Source: the human T2T-CHM13v2.0 reference genome, Homo sapiens. Taken from it: 64,000 nucleotides of DNA. The notes under the pieces were generated by a model, which saw nothing but the letters and a program-made list of their open reading frames with translations, did no database searches and was not told where the DNA came from. Both the position numbers and the translations under genes were made by a program. Location: NCBI RefSeq assembly GCF_009914755.1, contig NC_060926.1; one strand, 5' to 3'. Shown here piece by piece: positions 53,700 through 64,000 of the stretch. The first letter of the stretch is position 1. Each line of letters starts with the position of its first letter.

Positions 53700-54390
53700 A
53701 CTTCCACTAATTTCTCTCCATCCCCACTGGACCTGCCAAACCACCACTCTTAACTCTCAAATGACCACGCAGAAATCTCACTGCTCTTTATGCTTCCCCT
53801 TTCTGCTCCAATTTAGAAAGCCATGGTGCACTTTTGAAACAAATGCTATCTTAAGCAATTGATTCCGTGGTTGAAACCTTCCAATGACTTTCTATTGCAC
53901 TTTGTATAAAATCCAAAATCCTACCATGGCTCCTAAGGGGCCCAGCAGTGTCCCTGGTCTCATGTCTGTGGCTCTGTTGCTCCATTACTTACTGTTATCT
54001 AGCCATGCCGGACTTCCAGAAAACCCTGGGACTCAGCGGGCTCTTCCCTCACTGCTGCAGCCTCTGCACATGCTATCTCACACCTCTGCCTTCACTGTCT
54101 TCCTCTGTCTCTGTCTCACCTATATTTTCCCTTCAGGTCTCAGTTTAAAGTTGCATCCCCAGAAAGTCTCCCTGATTAAAATAAAAATATACATTCATAC
54201 TTAGGACTTAAGATGAGGACTGTTTGCTAGTGTATATTTTACTTGAGATTTTTTTAAAGCCTGCCTTCCTTCTGGTTTATAAACTCAGTTGAGCAATAAT
54301 CAAGGCTGTTTTATATACCACTATATCCTTAGCACCTAACAGAGTGCCTGACACTTAAGAGGTGTTATAAATATTTATTGAATGAATTAA
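53700..54390 (+). mobile_element. L2 3' region
   Basis: aaaccttccaatgactttc; aaaatccaaaatcctaccatggc; tagcacctaacagagtgcctgacac...aaatatttattgaatgaat. Confidence 0.85.
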
Positions 54391-55099
54391 AAAATGGCAT
54401 CTTGTGCCCTCTATCAATTTTATTTACCTTTATTTTTAAAGCCACTGTATGGGATATCCAGTTTCAGCCCTCAGGTAAACGGGCACAGCTTTGCTGGGTG
54501 TTCATACTGCTCGATGGGCTTGCTGGCTGCTGCCCCACAGCTGAGCATGTATTTCGTGTCCTAACCCAGGTTTGGCCCTTGCAACCTGACCTCAGACCCA
54601 TTGTTCTAAATTGGATCTCTGATTGCCCTGCCTAGTAGTCTGAGCCTGTGCTCAAAGCCTGTTTTAATGAAAGCTTTCAAATCTTCAGTTTTAAAAATCT
54701 GTAGTATCCTGATAGGTCTCTCTGTAGAATAGCTGTCACTCTTTATATATAGCTCTAAGAGAGTCAGACCAAGCCTAATTCAACTTCTTGTCTTGGCTTG
54801 TATAACTTTGAAGGCTAAGTGGAAATATTTATAAATTAATCAGCATTGAAAATATAGTGGTTGTTGGAATTTACAAGAAGTCAGGCCTCTGGAATTTCCT
54901 GAAGCCATAGAACTTAAGAATGTAAAATAACATACTTTGGGAATAAAAGTATAAATAGAAGTCTGATGGATATACCAACTGTGCCTTCATCTAACATTTC
55001 CCTTACTGCTACTGTCATGTGAAGTCAAGAGTAAGCCCATTGTTTTATAGAGATATCATTCCAAATTCTGTGAAGACTTCTCATATATTTCATTATACC

Positions 55100-55615
55100 A
55101 TGTTTTATTTTATTTTGATAAGAACACAGCATGAGATCTATCCTCAACAAATATATAAGTTGAGTTGACTATAGGTATAATGTTGTACAGCAGATGTCTA
55201 GGGCTTATTCATGTTGTTTCAGACTTTTTATCCATTGATTAGTGACTCTCCATTTTCTTCTATTCCTAGGCCTTTGTCACCAATAGTCTACTCTTTGATT
55301 CTATGAATTTGACCATTTGAGACACTTCATGTAAGTGAAATCATGCACGCTTGGTATTCTTGTGACTGGCTTATTTTACTTAGCGTAATATCCTCAAGGT
55401 TCATCCATATTGTTGCACATAGCAGAATTTCCTTCCTTTTCTAAGGTTGCATAGTGTTCCATTGTATGTATATACAACATTTTCTTCATCCATTCATTCA
55501 TCAATGTTTTCATATCTTGCTTATTGTAAATTGTGTTACAGTGAATATGGGACTGTCAATATCTTCTCAAGATTCCTATTGCAATTATTCTGTAGAAATA
55601 CCCAGAGGTGGGATT
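55100..55615 (-). mobile_element. L1MA/MB 3' end
   Basis: catgagatctatcctc; tgttgtacagcagatgtctag; gtgactggcttattttacttagcgtaat; atacccagaggtgggatt. Confidence 0.85.
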
Positions 55616-55931
55616 TGTGAAAATTTAAAACATCTTACCCTTGACTCTCCAGACTTCTTACTTGACGCTGACTCTCTAGAGGAGTGCAACTGCATTTATT
55701 CCCGAAGTGTCTCACAAATACTGTAGCATGTTTAATACCGATACCCATCAAATATACTGATTCTGTGGCAAAGAATTCATCAAAATCTCAATGCATCATA
55801 AGGAAAGGGACAATGATACAGAACATCTAAGAATTCTACTTCAATATCTTCTCCTTTAAAACAACAAAAAAACCAATCCTCAACCTCTCATTAATAAATG
55901 CTATGTCCCTGATAGGAAAAAAGACTTTCGG

Positions 55932-56237
<306 letters not shown>

Positions 56238-58829
56238 GTCAAAAGACTCTCTGGCTCTCCTGATGGCATTTTTTTTAATCACTGTAAACAAAATATCAGT
56301 GAAAGGTCGAGTCTGTCTATGCCTTCCCTCTTACCAATTTACAAAATAAACACTTACTGATTTGATCGTTAGAGTTTAAACTATTAAACTGAAGACATAA
56401 GCTCTTTGAACAAATATTGAAGGGAAGAGACTGATTAGAAATTCTCATGAGGCCAAAATTTGATACACTGATGATTACAGCTTCTCTTACGTGTCAGGGT
56501 CTTTGGAAGAAAATATGGCTCTAGATTTTCTGAAGATGCATCCAGCGTACACCAGCCAGCAGACTTTGGGCAATCGTTTCCTTGAGTGTTCTTCCAGTTT
56601 ATTAAACAGTAAATCAGTTTTGAGTTTTGCTTTGTAAACTGAACTTTCCAAACAAGGGTATTGAAGTGATGCATAACTGAAGGCCTAAGTGTCCGTTCAT
56701 TTTTGGGATTCAATAAGCATTATTTTGAAAACAAACCAACTTAATCAATGTTAGCCCTACCCAAAATGAGTTTACACTAAAATCAAATTCTTCTTTTTTT
56801 AAATCCACCTGAAAAAAATCAGTGCAGAGAATTATTAGGAAAAAATTAGTGCAGAGAATGAGTTTTTTTTTTTTTTTTTTTTTTTTTCCCCACTGGGGTC
56901 AAGCTCTGAATGCATTGAGAATCTCAGGAAAGTGTAAGATGTAGTCTGGGCGGTGATTTCCTTCGGGGCTGAGGGTCATACTAAAAAGCAGGCTTGGTTG
57001 GAAAGGTTGATTGCATACAGTGTGATTGTAAGCTTTGTGCCTCACCCTCACTGGTTACAATGAAACCCCACTCAATGTTAACACATTTTCAAACTCTCTT
57101 TGCATCTGACATTTCACCATAAAAGCCCATTACTTTGGGAAAGTCATTTCTTGGTAGTCATTCTGGTTGAAATCGCCTCCCTCAAAAAATCACAAACAGG
57201 ATATGTAGGGACTGGTGAGACTAAGGTACAGAAACTGGAATAGGAGAAAGGGAGACAAAAAACTAGAGCTGTATCAACCCTATTTGGGCTAAGAGAGTGG
57301 GAAGGAGCAAAGGACTATGCCAGTGAGTCAAAGGACCCTGAGGGGTGGGCTGGAAGATGAGAGTGCACCATCCACAAGTCCTGCCTCTTTCCTGGCTTCA
57401 TTTATACCAAAAACATCTATCTGGGTAAGGCAGAAAATTAATGACACCTTTGGTCCCCTAAATACGCTCTAGACAACCGACTATGTCAGAAGAAAACACA
57501 AAGAAGAGAGGTTACCTAAATGAAGGGTAACTGAATTTTTCATTTGGTATAGAGCTTTATACACAATTTTACCAAACATTTAATGTGAAATTTACTGTGT
57601 AAAATAGCAGTTTCTATTGAGGCCAAGGCAGACATTTTCTGGCCACATGTGTATAACTTTCAAAGGACCGTGAGAGACACAGAGAGAAGAGGGAAGAGAC
57701 ACAGTTAGACAGTGAGAGCAAAGGCCTACCTGTAGCTTTCTCTGAACCAGACAGAGAGTGGACAATTTGGAAAGAAAATGCAGAGCCAGGAGTAAAGACA
57801 AAAAGTGAAGTTTTATGAGTTTCCCTCTTTCTCTTGCTCTTCTTCCTTTTACTTCTGTGAATATTTGCAGAAAATTACAGTCCTGTTCTACGTTTTGAGA
57901 GAGGATGTAGATCTCCCAACTCTGAACTTGTCACAGCCGCCATTTCCCACTGCCAACCACCTATGGATTTCCTATAAGCAGAGTTCATTCATTGTGAAAA
58001 TTAGATAATTGAAACAATCTATCTGCTTCAGGCTGCTGGCTTCAGGGGTGACACTCACCCGTTGCCATGACAAATAATTTTCAGAGTGAGATTTTAGCCA
58101 CCATAACTCACTGAACAATATGTTGTTGCCCTGTTCTGTTTATCAGGAAGAGAGGATTTTTTTTTTTCCAAAATGAAATTAATTAATTATTTTTATTGGC
58201 TCCTGGAGATGATAAAGCAACCTCCTGCCAATTCATCTTCCAGCCAGCCTCCTCCCTTTTGCACTATGATCCTCTCCCTTGCTCCAAAAGAAGACATGAT
58301 AAAAGAGTGCAAGGCTGTCGATGGTGCTTGTCTGGGTTCATTCAGTCACGCCTTCCGGGTGGCAGAATATTGATTATGGTGTGAATCCTGAAGGGATTAA
58401 ATCAGATCAGGAGAGAAATCCATACCTCCTGTTGCCTCACAAATTTGCATGCAGCACCCTCATCCAGGGGTTAATTACATTTCTGTATCTTTCTAATCAG
58501 AAAAGTCTTCAAAGGAGATGGGCACAGGCTTGGAATAATCTTCCTCTGAATTTCATAGGATTAAAAGCAGTCAGCAAAGCTAGGGCTGTGAAGCCGAGAC
58601 CTCAGCTTCTGTTGATCTCTACCTAGTCTCTATGTCTGGAGGGTGTGTGGCCCATCAGGTGCACTCAAGAAATAATTGCTGAACAAATAAATGAATGCCT
58701 GAGTGAAATGACTGTCTCACTTCACTTTAGACACGTTGAATTCCAGTGTCCTCCCCTTTTTCCTTTTCATCAAAATCTGCTCTTACAATTCTGTTTCCAT
58801 TTATGCATAAGTGCTTGAAAGCTTAAAGA

Positions 58830-59035
58830 AGCATTTCCCAAAGCGTGAGCACAAGCACTTCTAACCTGTTCCACGGAAAGAAGGTTGTATGTTCACATGA
58901 GTTTGGGAAATTGTGCATGCTAGATTCTATTCTTGGTGATTGAAATACTTACAGGAATACTAAAGGCTCTTCCTCTTGCAGATAAAAAAAATCTGGCTGA
59001 CTCTGAGGAACTCAAAATTTCCTAAACTTTATTAA
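58830..59035. mobile_element. hAT-Charlie (Charlie4-like) fragment
   Basis: gcatttcccaaagcgtg...gagtttgggaaa...taaaggctct. Confidence 0.55.
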
Positions 59036-59049
59036 TTCACTTCACTTAA

Positions 59050-59690
<641 letters not shown>

Positions 59691-60069
59691 TGTATTTAAC
59701 TACAAAAGTGTTTTCCTTTTTCTTCAAGTATAATCTCTTAAAATGCTGACTGAGAAGTGCTGCCCTTGCTCTGAATCCTCTTTGTCCTCCTGCCCAGTAA
59801 ATCACACAATTAAGAAAAGAAAGAAAAAAAACATAAGCAAGAACCTATTTCCTCATCTGTAAAAAGGGGAAATATAATATTATCTTCCTCTCAAAGTTAT
59901 TTGAAGGATGAAATAAAATAAATTTTATATGATGACAGATATGTGGTTGCAGCTCAATAAATGTTAGATCTCTGCATCCTCTCTCCTTCTCACTTCATCT
60001 CCCACAAACCTCATTGTCAAGCTGCTGTCATCTATAAGCACCAAGTGCAGAATCAGGAAAGTCATAGCA

Positions 60070-60448
<379 letters not shown>

Positions 60449-61799
60449 TCACTAATTAAAGATGAGGAGAAAAAAGTTCCAATGCCAAAAGAATGAAGAA
60501 AAGAGTAGATGAACCAGCAGGGATCAGGCCTGTGGGCTGTGCACGCAGCACGGTGTTTCAGAACAAGATGCAGGGGAGCCACAGGGCACAGAGAGTGAGG
60601 ACGACGCCTGGCATTTCCAGAGAGACTTCTTGGAATGGTGAAGGTCAGAGGTGTCTGAGGGATTCATGGGAAGAAGACTGGGCATTTTTGACATCTCATG
60701 TTGAACAGTATTAAATGCCCTGGCTGAAAATGTGGGTATATATAGATTCTGACAGCAAAAGACTGGCAACCTCAGGTAAAATTAGAGTTTCTGTTTACTC
60801 ATATCATAATGAATACATTATAAGACTCTGTCAATCTGATAGTTATGAAAATGTACCTCATTGATATTTTATGCGATATCTCCCCAATTAATGTCATTGA
60901 GCATCTTGTCATGTTTGTTGGAAATTGGTGTTTAATTCATTGACATTTATCGAGGTTACTTATATGCCTGCTCTTATTTCTTTCATGTAGTGCTTCCATT
61001 TTATTTCACTCTTGCTCTATTGATAATTATTTTTAGTGTTGCCAGTCTTATGGTATTACAAGCAATATTTCAATGAATAATCTCCCATCCATGTCATCAC
61101 GTCCATGTTTGGGAATATTTGTTAGGTAAATCCCTAGAAGCAAATAACTGGAGCCAAAGTATGTGTATTTATAATATTTTTTAGGAAATGTATTTTATTC
61201 TGTAGTAGGCAATAGAAGAACATATTATATATTTTTAAAAGGATCAAAGGGTTAAATTGTGAAAATTAAGTCTTAAGTCAACCTCTTCTCACCTAGCCAC
61301 CCGTAAATATTGCTACCAGCTTGTAAGAAATCCCTCAGAAATATTCCATGCATATATAAGCAACTGTGTACACTCAAGAATTTATTTCATCTTGGTGGAT
61401 TTGTGTTTTCTTCTGCATTGTAGTTTATAGCAAAGCTATATAGCTCTTGCCAGGACACTAAATAAAGCAGAGACACTAGGCTTTGATGTGAATGTTTCTG
61501 ATAGGAACATAATTCCTTGTTATCTTGTCATTTAGTATTAACCATTCACTGTCATCATGATGCATGTCACCAATAAAGTGATTGTTTCTTTAATTTCAGT
61601 GTGCCTAACACTTTACTCTGGAGGAAAAGCTGGCTGTCAAGATGAGGCCGTGGCCACACATTTTTTAACTTGCTTCAATCTGGATTGCTTACTTGCTGTA
61701 TTTGGTACACTAAGTTATTCTGGGATCCTTTGTTGCCACCATTTTGGGAATTTTCTGTGCTTCTTACTTTCCTTCCTCATTTTCATGAAAACTTCTTGT

Positions 61800-63130
<1,331 letters not shown>

Positions 63131-63150
63131 TTAGAGTTGTTTTAAGAAGG

Positions 63151-63518
63151 TGTTATGACTGAATGTTTGTCTTGCCTAAATTCACATGTTGAAGTTCTAA
63201 CCTCCAATGTGATGGTATTTGGAGGTGGGAACGTTGGGAGGTAATTAGTTTTGGACAAGGTCATTAGGATGAGGTCCCAATGATAGAATTATAAAGTCCT
63301 TATTAAAAAAGGAAGAAAAACCAGGCCTCACTGTTTTCATGTGAGCATACAGTGTAAAGACTGCTATCTGTAAGCCAGGAACAGGTCCTCACTACTTACT
63401 AAATTTCTAGCACCTTGATCTTGGACTTCCCAGTCTCATAGTCTACCCAGGACTGTGATGAATGAATGGCCACCCAGTCTATGGAATTTTGTTATAGCAG
63501 CCTGAGCTGACTAATACA
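63151..63518 (+). mobile_element. MLT1A0-like solo LTR
   Basis: tgttatgactgaatgtttgt...ccttgatcttggacttcccag...ttgttatagcagcctgagctgactaataca. Confidence 0.9.
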
Positions 63519-63664
63519 AAGGATGTAAAATTAGATTTGTATTTTTAATCCATCATCTTAACCTGGAACCTCCTTGACATCTTGGTTTTTGGGGGGAGAG
63601 CGGGAATTGAGGAAAGTCCAGAGCATAAGATACTGCTGAAAGGAGAACACTAAAATATGTTTAG

Positions 63665-64000
<336 letters not shown>

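Overview
Primate (human-like), AT-rich, repeat-dominated genomic DNA with no intact protein-coding gene that I can support. Almost all ORF-track entries are repeat-derived or chance. Roughly half of the window is recognisable interspersed repeat: Alus, L1PB/L1PA/L1M, L2, MIR, MaLR/ERV solo LTRs, and Tigger/MADE/hAT DNA transposon relics. The main gene-derived feature is a 5'-truncated, minus-strand processed pseudogene of SEPHS1 (~45104-47605) with a ~1.7 kb 3'UTR. The most unusual items are: (1) a 54-bp tailless retrocopy of an unprocessed pre-tRNA-Tyr (5' leader + 5' exon + intron) with a 16-bp TSD inside an L1PB; (2) a 102-bp near-perfect inverted repeat (46-bp arms) in apparently unique DNA; (3) a TSD-bounded L1PB with both ends intact, a short 3' transduction, a large internal deletion and five nested insertions; (4) several small template-switch or slippage scars. 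I see no convincing novel multi-component system. Repeat subfamily names come from recalled consensus sequences, and boundaries of old repeats are approximate.
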